From Blastocystis sp. Blastoise (lineage: Eukaryota; Protista; Bigyra: Opalinata): DNA of 64,000 nt. Positions 45,044-61,250 of the stretch are shown here, in pieces. The notes beneath the pieces are model-generated. The model was not told the origin of the DNA. It ran no database searches and was given only the letters and a program-made list of their open reading frames with translations. The position numbers and the translations under genes are program-made. The stretch lies in contig JBBPEB010000021.1 of NCBI GenBank assembly GCA_039096225.1, forward strand, positions 62,001-126,000, given 5' to 3'. Position 1 is the first letter of the stretch, and each line of letters starts with the position of its first letter.

Positions 45044-45337
45044 GTTACTGATTATTCTTATGATACGTTACAGATCTTTATGACGCTTCTATCGTCATTT
45101 TACGTTCCGAATCTAACGAAATTGGTATTATCAGGTATATTATAATAATATATAATACTAAATATAATAAATTTCTTTTTTAATAATAATAATATAAATA
45201 TAAATATATATATAGTTACTGATGAACCAAATCGATGTGAAGAATTCTTAGAAGAAATGTTATTGGAGACTGATTTAGTAACAGCCAATCGTTTGAAGTA
45301 TTACTTTGTTAAAGAAGAAGATGATAATTATTATTAA
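40087..45337 (+). CDS. BTB-like N-terminus + RNI-like leucine-rich-repeat protein, about 21 exons
   Basis: N-terminal IEKSFLNSFPDCKL..IPR. Repeats FPCLKQINLS, FPQLITLDLSG, LDLSGNNLGNNG, LNISNTNMGDSG and LSITDNSITDNG. All introns are in frame. Confidence 0.8.
44286..44490 (+). repeat. (GATAAT)n coding microsatellite encoding (DN)n
   Basis: Hexamer run inside an LRR-gene exon. Confidence 0.9.
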
Positions 45338-45591
45338 TTATCAATGTAATAATATTATATATATATATATGATTAAATAAAGATTTCATTTAATTTTTAT
45401 AGTATTGACTATAAAATTTATATTCAATTATATATAAATTATTTATTTATTTAGAATATTCATATATATATTTATATAAATAATATTACGTTTTCTTTCT
45501 TCAATAATCTATTTCTTATATACTATGATATATATAATAAAGTTTATAATTATTATATTAGTTCAGTTATATTCAGTTATATACTTATGAT

Positions 45592-45784
45592 CAGTGCCTT
45601 CCCGACTTTTTGTGACACTTGCGGTGACTTTTTTTGACAGTCACATAAAGTCGTTTTAAGTCAGACTTAATATGACTTAATATAATAATAAATATTTTTA
45701 CACTGTCAAAAATTAACAAAAGTGTCACATTTTTCTGTGACAATTGCGGCACCGCAAAAAAAAAGGGCCTTTTGGAAGTCACTG
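45592..45784. mobile_element. Non-autonomous hAT-like MITE, 193 bp
   Basis: 8-bp TSD CTTATGAT (45584-45591 and 45785-45792), TIRs CAGTGCCTTCC / CAGTGACTTCC (10 of 11 match), and subterminal TGTGACA and TTGCGGTG repeats. Confidence 0.88.
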
Positions 45785-46106
45785 CTTATGATTCTTTATA
45801 TATGTATCATTCTTATATTGAATTTCTTAATATAGAATAATTCTTGATATTATATATATTTAAATATATAATAAAAAGTTTGTCTATTTTTTATTACTAA
45901 AAATATGAAACAATAAAAAGTCACATTTTTAAAATATATGTATTTGTTTTGTTTTAATATATATACATATATATATTTATCTATTATTAATAATATATTT
46001 ATTTATATAATAAAAAAAAAATATTTTTGAATTAAAATTACTAAACAACTTTGGCCAAACATAAATATTAAACAAATAAACAAAATAATTAAATAAAATA
46101 AAAAAA

Positions 46107-48865
<2,759 letters not shown>

Positions 48866-49365
48866 GTCTTATAGTATATCAATCACTTACTATATAGAAG
48901 AATTAATTGTTGTTTTGTCACCAATCAAAACAAATTATTTTTTTCTAGTCATTCTTTTGTTATTCTCATGATTATTTTTATTCATTCGTATTATTTTCTT
49001 TACAGGGCATTTATAAGATAATAATATATTTTATTTATCTTATATTGGTTTAAAAGTTATTTTGAATATAAAGAAAAAAATATCTCATTTAAATAATAAT
49101 TTAAAATGTAATTATTCGATAATAACTATTAATTTATACATTTTATGTTGTCCGATATTTATAGTATATTATTTAGAATATACGATGATAATTAGAATAC
49201 ATATGAAAAGAAATATCAAAAGATTATTTTACATATAATAACTATTTGAATAAAACAACTATCAATAATCATTAGAAATATTAGTTAAGCCCTAGAAAGT
49301 ATTGAAAAATTGAAAACTTGAAAATAAAAATATGAAAAAAAAAGAATTATTCATTTTATTAGGAC

Positions 49366-49797
49366 TTATTTTGAATGTAAACACTCATTTGTTTTTCTTC
49401 TTTTCTTAGTCTTTCATATCGTGGATATGTATATCTATAACATATATAATTTAACAAAATAATTATTTAAAATGAGAATAATATACGTTTTTAATAATGT
49501 TAATTTTGTTTCTTTATATAATTCTTCTTTAGAACTTGTATATAGAAAAATAAAGCTTTCTTGAGAAGATAATTGTTGAATAATGTATATAGAATTAAGA
49601 AAATAGAATTATAGACTAATTTATATATGTATATAAAGGATATAGTATTCATAACTTCATTTTTAAAAGGACCATAAATAAAAACAGCATCAAATGTTAC
49701 GTCTAATTCCCGCGGGGATAATATATAACTTTGAGAATCTATTTTTGTGGATTTGATATTTTTATTTGTTGAAGATAATGAATAGGTACTATGTATA

Positions 49798-49834
<37 letters not shown>

Positions 49835-50831
49835 ATTTATTGTTCTTATTATTATATATATAAAATTATTTATTGTTATTATTATATACTTTGGTTTACA
49901 GTGAATTTCAATATCACTTCGAGTTGAAAATAATTCTTTCATATCTCTATACAATAATAATCATAATCATAATAACAATAATAATAATAATAATAATAAT
50001 AATATATATATATATATATATACAAGCATGATTGATATTCATATAATATTATATAAGTACGTTTACAGAAAGAAGATATAAATGCAGAAATATATGCATT
50101 TCCAAATATTATACACACTATATATATATTTAACTTAATAATATATATATATATACTATTGCTATTATGTATATAATCTTTAATAATTTTCTTTTCTTCT
50201 TCTTCCATTTCATCTTCATATATATACTCTACACGTTCCTTATTGATATCATCTCCGCGGGGAACAACCACTATTCGACCACCCTGATCTTCTATATAAA
50301 TATATATAATAAAGTTTATACTATTATATGTATATAATTTCTTTATAAAAAAAGTTCATATTATTATATATATACTTGTGAAATAATTAGCATAATGTAA
50401 ATCCCCATGATCAAATTTTCGTTCACTTATATATATATTATAATATAGATCTTCTTTAGCATGTTTTCCTGCCTCATCCCCGCGGTTATCCGATTGATGT
50501 AAGGCAACAACTATACAGTAATAAGAATTATATTTATAATATATTGATAATAATAACAAACATAATAATAATTATTATTATACTTTTCTTTCTCTATAAA
50601 ATATAATAATATAATAATATAACTCTATATATATATATATATACCAGTTGTACTAATATCTATCCAATCATATTCATTCTTATGATGATATATATAATCT
50701 CCTATATAATTATCATAACCAATACGACCTACAATAAACCGCGGGAATTCTTTTGGCGGGAATGTACATAAAGATGAAAAGATGAAATAATCCTAGAAAT
50801 TAAAGATTTTTAAGTGATAGTTGAGATATAT

Positions 50832-50890
<59 letters not shown>

Positions 50891-51324
50891 ATAACTATAA
50901 TTGTATTAATATATACAATAACTAGTCCAGGAGCTGTATTTCCTTGTCGATATAAGTATTGAATAAAGTAATGATATAATTCCTTTATAGGAACAGGACG
51001 AGGAGTAGTAAAATCAATATTTGTTCTTTTACCTGATATAAATACCTATATATATATATTATAATGAATTTTAAAAAAAAATTTAAATATTTAAAAGAAT
51101 AATAAAATAAATAAATATATAATAAATATAATAATATATACTTTCTTTTGAAGTTTATTTCTAGATATTTCTGACGAAATACTATTTAATGTTGTTACAA
51201 TGGTATCATCCAATAAAATATCACTATTTATATATCCATAAAACTTAGCTTTATAATGTTCTTGTATATATATAAATAAATCATTTATATAAGGAATATG
51301 ATTCTCATTTGTTCTATATATATG

Positions 51325-51359
<35 letters not shown>

Positions 51360-51790
51360 TTATTATGTTTATTTTTTGTGGAATTAACAATATTATTATT
51401 AATATTATCATAGAATATAATATATATATATACATAAAATGGCTAATAACAATACATCCTTGTTCTTTACTAAATGATATATAATTCTCAACATCAGTAA
51501 ATAGAACACATTGAATAGAAGGTCTCAAATAAGATAACGAAATAATTGTATTTCGAAGAATCTGGTCAGATTCACTATTCTATAAGGTATATATATATAA
51601 TAATAATTAGATTGTAAAAAGAAAAAATATATATAGAGTATTATCATTTTATAAAAATATATAAATATGAATACTATGATTTAAATAATAATAATAATAA
51701 TATAGTATTAAAATATCTAAAATATAATTAAATAAATATATAATGATATTATATATTTATAAATAACAAATATTATTACCTAGTTATTAA

Positions 51791-51821
<31 letters not shown>

Positions 51822-52566
51822 CTTTAGGCTGACCAAATGTTGTGAATAATACAGCCAATCCACCTTTTCTATATATACAATAATAATAACAATAATAATA
51901 CAATAATATACTTAATTTGAATATTTTCTTCCTTATTATATACCTAAATCGATAATATATAAAAACGAATAAATAAAAATACATGATTATCATTCTTTTG
52001 TAGAAATGAATAGATATCTTCATTCATAGAGTGTTTTAAATTTAAATTGGTTTGTTCGTAATATTGTTAAAGATAATTATGTTTATTTATGCAATGAATA
52101 CACGATAAACTAAAAATAAAAGGATATTAATTCTTGAATATAGGACTTCATTCTATAGTTTTCATCTTGAATATATCCCAAAGTCCTTACAAATTCCTTA
52201 AATTTCCTCTAAAATAGTTGAGAAACATAAAAATAGGTGATTTACTTCATTTAATACTTGACTAAATGTTTCTGTTGCAGCCAACTCAATTGATTTCTCT
52301 CCTAATTCATTTGAATTTGTCTATGTAATATGCATTCATAGATTTTTAATGGCAAAAAAGAATTAATTCAAATACATTACGTAATGATGGCTTGAAAGAC
52401 ATCTGAGACGCTATTTGTGTATTGTCTGCATTCATAAAACCAAGAAAAAATACCTTATATACATAAAAATACATTTCCATGAAAAACTTACCATCGAACT
52501 GAATATTGTGCCAAGCATGAACGGTAACATTACCTTAATGTAATTCATAATAGGTCCCAATTTCAT
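49366..52566 (-). CDS. Nucleotide-sugar transferase-like type II membrane protein with two AT-AC introns
   Basis: Hydrophobic N-terminal anchor. Motifs LFTTF, YGYINSDILL, GKRTN, DYFIF, FIVGRIGYDN and ALHQ. The frame is continuous only if both AT-AC introns are removed. Confidence 0.7.
49585..49643 (-). other. U12-type AT-AC intron, 59 nt, phase 0
   Basis: 5' ATATCCTTT, branch TTTCTTAAT, 3' TAC. Gives ..EVMNT|IIQQLSSQE.. in frame. Confidence 0.85.
52058..52127 (-). other. U12-type AT-AC intron, 70 nt, phase 0
   Basis: 5' ATATCCTTT, branch ATCTTTAAC, 3' TAC. Gives ..YIQEL|EQTNLNLK.. in frame; the unspliced reading hits TAG. Confidence 0.88.
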
Positions 52567-52869
52567 TATTTAACATAATAGAAGAAAAAGAAAAGCATAA
52601 ATAAATTTTTCATTTTTCTTTTGTTTGTTTTTATATGGATATATTATTATTTTTTATTTAAAGTAATTTGTATGAAACATAGGAATCCTTGTGAATAAGA
52701 AATGATTATTATAAAAGAAAATAATTCAATTTTTCAAATTAAACAAATCAAATAGATAAAAAACGCACATATAGATACCAAGAACATAAACAACAAAAAT
52801 GCAACATAATAAAATAAAAATAAAAAATGAAAAACTTGTATAATTAAGAGAATTGTGCCCTAGATCTTC

Positions 52870-53198
52870 TCATTGTTTTTTGTTTTTGTACAATTTTATA
52901 CATTCTTTCTTTATGAGCTTTTCCTTTTAACTATACATAAATGTATATATTAATAATATTAAAAATAATAATAATTATTATTATATAAATAAAGAATTAT
53001 ATATATATATATATACATGTTCTTTAAGTTGATTTCCACTAGTAAATTGTTTATTACATATTTTACATTTACATGCACTTAATTTTAATCTTGCTCCTTC
53101 AACATGACCCGCGGAAGAACGATGAGTATTACTATATATAATATATTATTAGTATTGTAATAAATATTTATTATAAGATAATAATTAGAATATATTTT

Positions 53199-53269
<71 letters not shown>

Positions 53270-54132
53270 TCATCTTCAGATCCAAAATACATTAAACAAC
53301 TTGTACATGCAAAAGGACGATCTATATATAGATAATAATAATAATAATTCATAATACATAAAAAATAATCAATATTCAATACATTCAACATAATAATAAA
53401 TAATAATGAATATAATTATTATATAAACATACGACATGAAGTATTATTTTCATCTTTTAAAGCTGTTTGTAATTTTTGTATATGTGTACTACTTCCAGCA
53501 TGTTCCTATTATATATAAAAAAAAACATAAAAACAATAATAGCAAAAACATTTTACTACAAATAATATTATTATCCATAAAATACATACGGTCATATCAG
53601 TTGAAGAATAAACCATACATTTACAAGCTTCACATAAACATGTATTAGGTTCAATAACCTTCTTTTCATCTTGCATAACACTTTTATATAATTCCATCAA
53701 TTTATTCTGATCTGGTTTATCTTTCATATCTTCTTCTTTTTTATTCTGTTCTTTAGAAACCATGTTCTCTGAAGATATAGATTCAGGAATATCTTGTGTA
53801 GGAATTGATGGAGAAATTGTTGGAGATTTGACTTTTGAGGGTTTTTCAGAAACACTCTCATCGTCAGATGATTCATCAAAATCAGACTCATGAATATCTT
53901 CTAATTCTTTTTCTAATAACTTTATCTTATCATCAATAGCAGAAATAGTTACATCCTTGATTTTTATTTTATCTTCCTTTTCTTGCTTTTCCTTTTCTTC
54001 TTTCTCCTTTTGAGCACGTTTGAAGCGGATCAATTCCATAAATGTCATTGGCTTCTCAATTTCTTTCTCAGTTTTCTTCTTAGACTCTTTTTCACGATGA
54101 TGATGATGATGCTTATGTTTATGTTCACCCAT
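52870..54132 (-). CDS. Protein with three matrin/U1-type C2H2 zinc fingers, 5 exons
   Basis: CEAC..EHAGSSTH, CTSC..THRSSAGH and CKICNKQF..QLKEHLKGKAH; basic and His-rich N-terminus. Confidence 0.8.
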
Positions 54133-54426
54133 TCTCTAATAAATAAATACCTATTCTTTAAAATATTATTATTACCATAAAAAAATATCATTTTTCAGTC
54201 AAAAAAAAATTTTTATAAAATTGTAACTAAAAAAATCTGAATAAAAGTCAGTGAACAGCTGAATTATCATCAAGTTTTAAACATAAAAATGATTTTTTGA
54301 ATAAAAAGCTAAAAAAGAATTAATCATGATTCCTTTATAAATAAAAGAAGAGATTTGTTTTTTTAGATTCAAAAACATTATCTTTTAGGTTTCTTGTTTT
54401 ATTTCTTCATTATTCAATAAATACTA

Positions 54427-55204
54427 ATGGGTTCTTGTAGTTCTTGCTGTAGATCTTGTAGACAACATAGTGAACGACGTATTCTTGTTGTAGGTTTGGA
54501 TGGTGCTGGCAAAACAACGTTCTTATATCAATTCAAAAAAGATAGTATCAATGACATTGCTCCTACTGTAGGATTTAATTGTGAAACTGTTGAATATGAT
54601 AAATATACACTTCATTTCTGGGTATCTAGATCATTTAAGATTTGGTTTTAACTATAATAATTTATTTATTAATTTTTTTTTGAAGTGTGAATGTTTATAA
54701 TGGGTTGTTCTGTATAGGATATTGGTGGCGAACAAAGAATGAGAGGTTTATGGGTTCATCATTATTCTGGTTCTCAAGTATTTTTATGTTTTTTATGGCT
54801 TTTATAATTTTATTTATTTTTTATATATTTTTATTGTTTTTTATTTATTTTTTATTGTTTATTTTTATGTTTTTATTATTAATGTGCTATATTTTATAGG
54901 GTGTTCTTTTTGTAGTTGATATCAATCAAGTAGAACGATTTGGAGAAGTAAAACAAGTACTGGACACAATGTTAAAGAATATTCATCTTGAAGTATATTA
55001 ATATATTATATGTTTTTATAGTATTTTTTTTATTTATTATTCTATTTATTTTATTTTATTATTTATTTTATTTTATTATGTCTTTCATTAGTTCTATGCT
55101 ATAATACTATTATATAGGGAATACCAATAGCTATATTAGCGAATAAGGCAGAAAGTCACCCTGAGACTAATATAAAGACTCTTGTTTCTCTTCTTAATTT
55201 AGAT

Positions 55205-55258
<54 letters not shown>

Positions 55259-55458
55259 ATTATTATTATTCTATAAAGTATTATATCTCATAAATATTTA
55301 AAACATTCACAAAATAATATTTATAATAATAATCATGATTATTCTTGTATAGTATTAAGAAGACCAGACCTTGTGAATTATTCCAGACTGTTGCTAAGAC
55401 AGGAGAAGGAATAGAAGATGCTATGCAATGGATATGTAAAGAAATGAAACCTTTATAA
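54427..55458 (+). CDS. Arf-like small GTPase, 5 exons
   Basis: MG start, [27 protein letters not shown] and AKTGEGI. Confidence 0.9.
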
Positions 55459-56164
55459 TAATAATATATATTTTCTCTACTTTTATTTTTATTATTTTTT
55501 ATAGAATATAGTTCTTTATGTTTAATACTTCTTTTTATATAATTATGTATATATATATATATATAAATTATTAATACTCCTTTTCTTTGGCGTTTTTCTA
55601 AAAACTATTTCATATCTGCTCTTTCTATATATATCATTGTTCGTTTTCATTCCTTATATTTCTGTTTCATTTGTTACATATATATTATCCATTATTTTAT
55701 TTTTCTATATACTCTTTTTTGTACACTTATACTCTATTGTTATCTTTCTATATATAGAAATAGACTCTATAAAACGAATCACTGTCTTGTCTCTTATTCT
55801 ATTCTTTTTTCCTTATGTTTTTATGATTTTTGTACAACTTTTCGTGAGAATTAATATAATTCAATTCATTTCTTTTACGTATGATTATTCTAATTAACAC
55901 CTTAAATACTTTACAGTTGAACTATACCATATACAACAAATATAAGCTGAAATGAATCATATTTTTTCAACACATTGTTCATGACTACCTCGAACTCTTC
56001 AAAACTGTAATTCTCAATATATTTAAACATCATAAAAAAATAAAAATAAATAAAAAAAATTAAAAACCTATAAAACACATTTTTTTTTCAACGATTGTTT
56101 TTTTTAAACTATTTATTTTTCATTCAATTATCTTTAACAGATTGTACAAAACAATTATATTATC

Positions 56165-56772
56165 ATGCCGATATTAAAGTTTTCTGAATTCAGTAAATTG
56201 ATTCAAACTCAGACACAAAGTTGTTTGATTGGACTTGATGTTGGTACAAAGATTGTTGGCGCATCTATTACAGACTCATCATATAAGATTGCTGCTCCTC
56301 TAGCAACACTAAAGCGATATTATGGTAAATCTATCATTTATTTGTAATTCTATGATCAATTTAGAAAATGAAACGTTATTTTCAAAACAACTCATTCCTC
56401 TCTATAAGCAGAATAAAGCTTGTGGTCTAGTATCCTCTTGTTTCTTTTGTATATTCCATTAATTCTACTTTTTAGGTAGTTGGTTGGCCAATAAGTGAGA
56501 CAAACAAAATTACAAAGCAATGTCAAGATATATTAACATGCGTAAATCATCTCTGGATGTTTTCTCAAATGGATATTCCTGTGTATTTAATGGATGAACG
56601 ATATACTACAAATATGGCCTATGAAATATATAATGAAACAACCACGAAGAAAACAAAGAAAATCAAATATAAAGATAAATTATCTGCTATTCTTATATTA
56701 CAGTCTTTTTGTGATAAATATAATCATATAGATAATTATGGTGATTTATTTAATCATATACAAAATTCATAA
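56165..56772 (+). CDS. yqgF: YqgF/RuvX-family RNase H-fold nuclease, 3 exons
   Basis: IGLDVGTKIVG, VVGWP, DERYTT and DKLSAILILQSF. Confidence 0.88.
56430..56475 (+). other. Probable U12-type GT-AG intron, 46 nt, phase 0
   Basis: 5' GTATCCTC and branch-like TTCCATTAAT about 12 nt from the AG. Gives CGL|VVGWP. Confidence 0.6.
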
Positions 56773-57368
56773 AAGAAACTGATTTTTTATATTGTTTGGT
56801 ATGTTTATTTTATGTTTTAATATCTATTGCATCAAGTCATAAGGATTCAAATCATGTGTATATGCTGATAAATAGAATACTATAATTAATGTTATATGTT
56901 AAATATATAATTTTATGAATAATCATTCATGTTTTGTAAATAACTCATTATTATTAATGTATAATTGTAGTATATTATGTATATATGAATATAAAACAAA
57001 AATGTTTATTTCATGTAATACAGTGAATTGTTTTTGATACGTTTTCTAATAAAAGTAACAAAACAATAATTTAGACATAAAGAAGAGAAACAGAATGAGC
57101 GACAGAAATAGAAACAAATAATTTCATGAATAAATAAAATACTAAAAAATGTTTTTACTAAAATAATAATGTAAATAAAATGCATAAATAGAAATATATA
57201 TGATTTTATCAATTGTTTTGTATATATATATATATATAAATTGAAAAGAAAAAATAGTAAAAATGAAAATAATAATAAAATAGTAGATATATATTAGAAA
57301 AATTAATAGTATAAATAATTTAATATATAATGAATTATAGAGTATCTATAATATTAATATATTATATA

Positions 57369-59290
57369 TTAATCACTAATACTGCCCATAGAATCATCAT
57401 CCTTATTATTATATTTCTGTTTCATTTTCATTTCTCTTTCTCTTCTTTCTTCTTCCTGTATCTTCTTCAACTCCTCCGCATCCTCCTTATTCGCCATTTG
57501 ACGACTAAATCTCTCTTCGGCTTCTATCTGATCTGTCGTTGCTTCCATTCTATGATCCTATATATATATATATAGTATACTATATAATGTTCATAAGATA
57601 TGTAATATAGAATAGTGAAGTTATATACTAAATATATTTATATTATTATTAATATTATTAATATCATTAATATCATTAATATATAATAATTATTATATAT
57701 ATATAATAATATATATATATACATCATCAGAGAGTTCAATATCACGATATTCTCCAGGATGTAACATTTTTCGAACTTCTAAAAGAACTTTCGAGTTCTT
57801 ATGATTTGTGTCATCGACGATGAAGTCGTCATCCTCGTCATCACGGAATAAATCGTCAGCCGTTACAACACGTTTTGGACGAGCACGTGGCATAGGTCGA
57901 GAAGAAGAAGAAGGTTTTGTCATTTGATTTGACGATTGTGATGTCATTTTATGCTGTGTTATTGGTTTTTTATTATTTATATTAGTATTATTAGTAGTAG
58001 TAGTAGAAGAAGAAGAAGGAATAGGTTTTGAAGAAGGCTTTGATTTTGTTAAACCAGTTGATTTTGATATATTAGACACTGGAAGACTCTATATATATAT
58101 ATAGAAAGAAATATAAATAAGAATATATATATATATATATTGAAAGCAATATAAATAAGAATATATATATATACAGAAGGACGTTTTGTTGGTTTAAAAT
58201 TATCGCTTAATGTGGTTGCTTCATTTTTTCGATGATCTTTCTATAGAATAAAAATTACATAATAATAAATATAATAATAATAATAATAATATATATATAT
58301 ATATACAACAAGATTAGGAAATTTTTCTGCGAAAGTCAATTTCTTTTTTTCAGCTATATAATAATATTTTAATAAGAATAAAAAGATTAATAAATAGTAT
58401 AATGAATATTATAATAAATAAAATAACTATAATAAATAAAATAAGCATATAATAAATAAAATGCTATATACCATTTTTGCATGTTTCTTTCCATTTCTCA
58501 AGCATTTCTATTAATTGTTTTTGTCTTTTTTCATTTCCACATTGTTTACTTAATGATTTAATTCGTTTCACTCCTTTTGTTTCATTTAATAACTCAATAG
58601 ATACAGGAAATCTCTATATAATAATATAGTTTATAGTATATAAATATATATAATATAAAACAAAATACAAAAATATATAATATATTTTATTACCATAGGT
58701 ATAGAAAACATTATACAATAAAATAATATAATATATAAAATAGAATAGAATATATATAACATACTGACATTTGTAAAACGAGTGAATTGATTCGTGGTTG
58801 ATTATTATCATTAAATGCTTGATATAATGATTTAATTAAAGAATCCACTTCATTGGATTTCTTTAATATTAATTGAGGGGCTAAAGGTTTTGAAGGTTTT
58901 GTTACTGCTGATACCGGTTTAGGAGAGTTTTCTTCTTGTTTTGAAGTTGTGATTGTTTTCAACATCGTCACAGGTTTTAATGATGGTTCTTCTTTGATAG
59001 ATTTGATAGGTTTGGGTTCAGGTGTAGTATTTATTGTATGAAGACACTTCTGTGAACTGATTCTGATATCTGGTTGAGACGAGTCACCACATGTAGTCAG
59101 TATAAGTTTCAACCAATTGGGCATAACCTAAAACGAGTTGATGAATAAGCAGTTTTATATATACTTTATTAGGGTTTTCAGAATAATTTTTGTTTATATC
59201 ATCAATAAGAGTAGCAAAACGACGAATTACCTAAGTGAATACTCTATTTATAGGTAAATATATATATACTTGACTTTCAAATGAACTCAT
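57369..59290 (-). CDS. SPT2: SPT2-domain histone chaperone-like protein with a TFIIS N-terminal (LW)-like domain, 8 exons
   Basis: C-terminal DDDFIVDD and MEATTDQIEAEERFSRQMANKEDAEE (SPT2 signature). Central PVSIELLNETKGVKRIKSL..MLEKWK (TFIIS-N-like). Confidence 0.8.
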
Positions 59291-59474
59291 TTTATGAATA
59301 AATAAAATAGAAATATGGAAACTCAACGAATACAAATTTTATTAAAAAATATATATATGTATTGAAGAAAAGTTGTAAAAAAGTGAACTATTTTTTAAAT
59401 ATATTTATTTTGAATTCTTTTTATCTTTTTTATTTTTAGTTAAATATTTTTTATACTCTACAAGATAAGATATT

Positions 59475-61250
59475 ATGGATAGTCCACAAAAGGAAGCTGA
59501 ATTAACCAAAAAGATTCAAGAATTATTGTCTTCATGTGATGAGGAGGATGGATCAATTAGTGAAGAAAGAAAAAAAGACTTGATCACCATCATTCATCAG
59601 TACAAGGACTTATTTGATGAAGGTATACTATGTACTATCTCATTCTGAATTATTATCTATTTATAAAATTTATGTAGTGGATACAATTCAGACGGCAACA
59701 ATAGCTTATTCGATGTTTAATGTTATTACTCGAGTTGGAGCAGATAAAGCAAGACAACTATGGTCTATTTTAAGAAAGGTAAACTTATTATTTTGAATAT
59801 TGATATTTAAATATTAATTCCATCAATATATATATTATCATTTTATTCAATTATTTGTTTAGCCACATGCTGATTTCATTTTAGAAAGTTTAAAGCAACA
59901 ATATACAAAGAATGATGGCATCGATATTATGAAATTAGGTCAAGATTGCTCTGTTTTATTTGCTCAACCTCCTACAACTAGTTTTTTGTATGTTTTTATT
60001 TGTTTTTTTTTAATTTTTATGATTTTTTTTTATATTAAAAAAATATATATAAAAAAAATATATAAAATTATGATTATAAAATTATGATTATAAAATTATG
60101 ATTATAAAATTATGATTATAAAATTATGATTATAAAATTATGATTATAAAATTATGATTATAAACATATTTTATATACTTATTCTATATATATATTCTAT
60201 AAATATATATAGAATAGGATCAATAATAGAAGAGGAAGAAGAAGTAGAAGAAGCTGAAGAGAAAAAAGAGAAGAAGAAGAGATCCCCTACCAAGAGAGTC
60301 AAAAGAGCTACTGAGGAAGAATTTAAAGAACCTGAGAAAGTACAAAAAGATGATAAAACAAGTGAAGTATGTCTATTGTTATATGTTGACTGTTTTTATG
60401 TAATATTTTTTAAACTATAATTGTTTTTAAATTTTTAATATTTTTATTAATTATTTCATCTAATACCTCAATAATTATTTGTATATCTATATTTTTATCA
60501 AAAATAATATATATATATATATATATTATTATTTCTAGTTAAAGCACGCTGCTCCTAAATTATTTAAACGATTACAAAAAGAATGTGAACAAACAAATAC
60601 GACGTCTGTCGATACAATAAAATTCTTAACGGATACTAACGGATTTTCTAAAGTATATAGTAAAATGAATTATATATATTTATATATATATATTTATAAA
60701 TGTCACCTAGTATTAAAAAAATATTATAATTATTTAAGATCATTAAGATTGATTCTATATGTATTCTCAGTTTATGTTATTTTAATAGAGAATATCATAT
60801 ATTCATTCATTTATATATTAAATAATCATATATTATATATTCATGAATATATATATATTAAATAATTACATGTATATATATACAGACAGTAGAGAATTTC
60901 TTTGATGCTGCAATTTTAGTGAATAACTCAAATATCGCTCTTAATGTTAATGATAATAATATACCTGTTCTTTCTACTAATCAAACGACTGTATATTATA
61001 TAAATATATTAATAGTATTATTATAATTCATATACACTATTATAATCATGATTATTTAATTCTTCTTCTACTAATACTCTTTTGTTTCATCACTCTTTTT
61101 ATTTCTCTATATATATATAATTCATAGATGAATGATGATGAAACCGAGGTTCACAGAGCTATATGGACTATTAATTCAAAAGCATATAAGAATCTATTGG
61201 ATATCTATGGATTAGATTCTGAATTAAAACCAGATTGGGATAAAAATTAA
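59475..61250 (+). CDS. NSE4: SMC5/6 kleisin Nse4/EID3-like protein, 6 exons
   Basis: PPTTSFLIGSI and FLTDTNGFSKTVENFFDAAILV match the Nse4 C-terminal F..TVEN.F..SFL motif. Confidence 0.78.
60061..60158. repeat. Intronic minisatellite, 14-bp unit, 7 copies
   Basis: TATAAAATTATGAT repeated in tandem. Confidence 0.9.
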
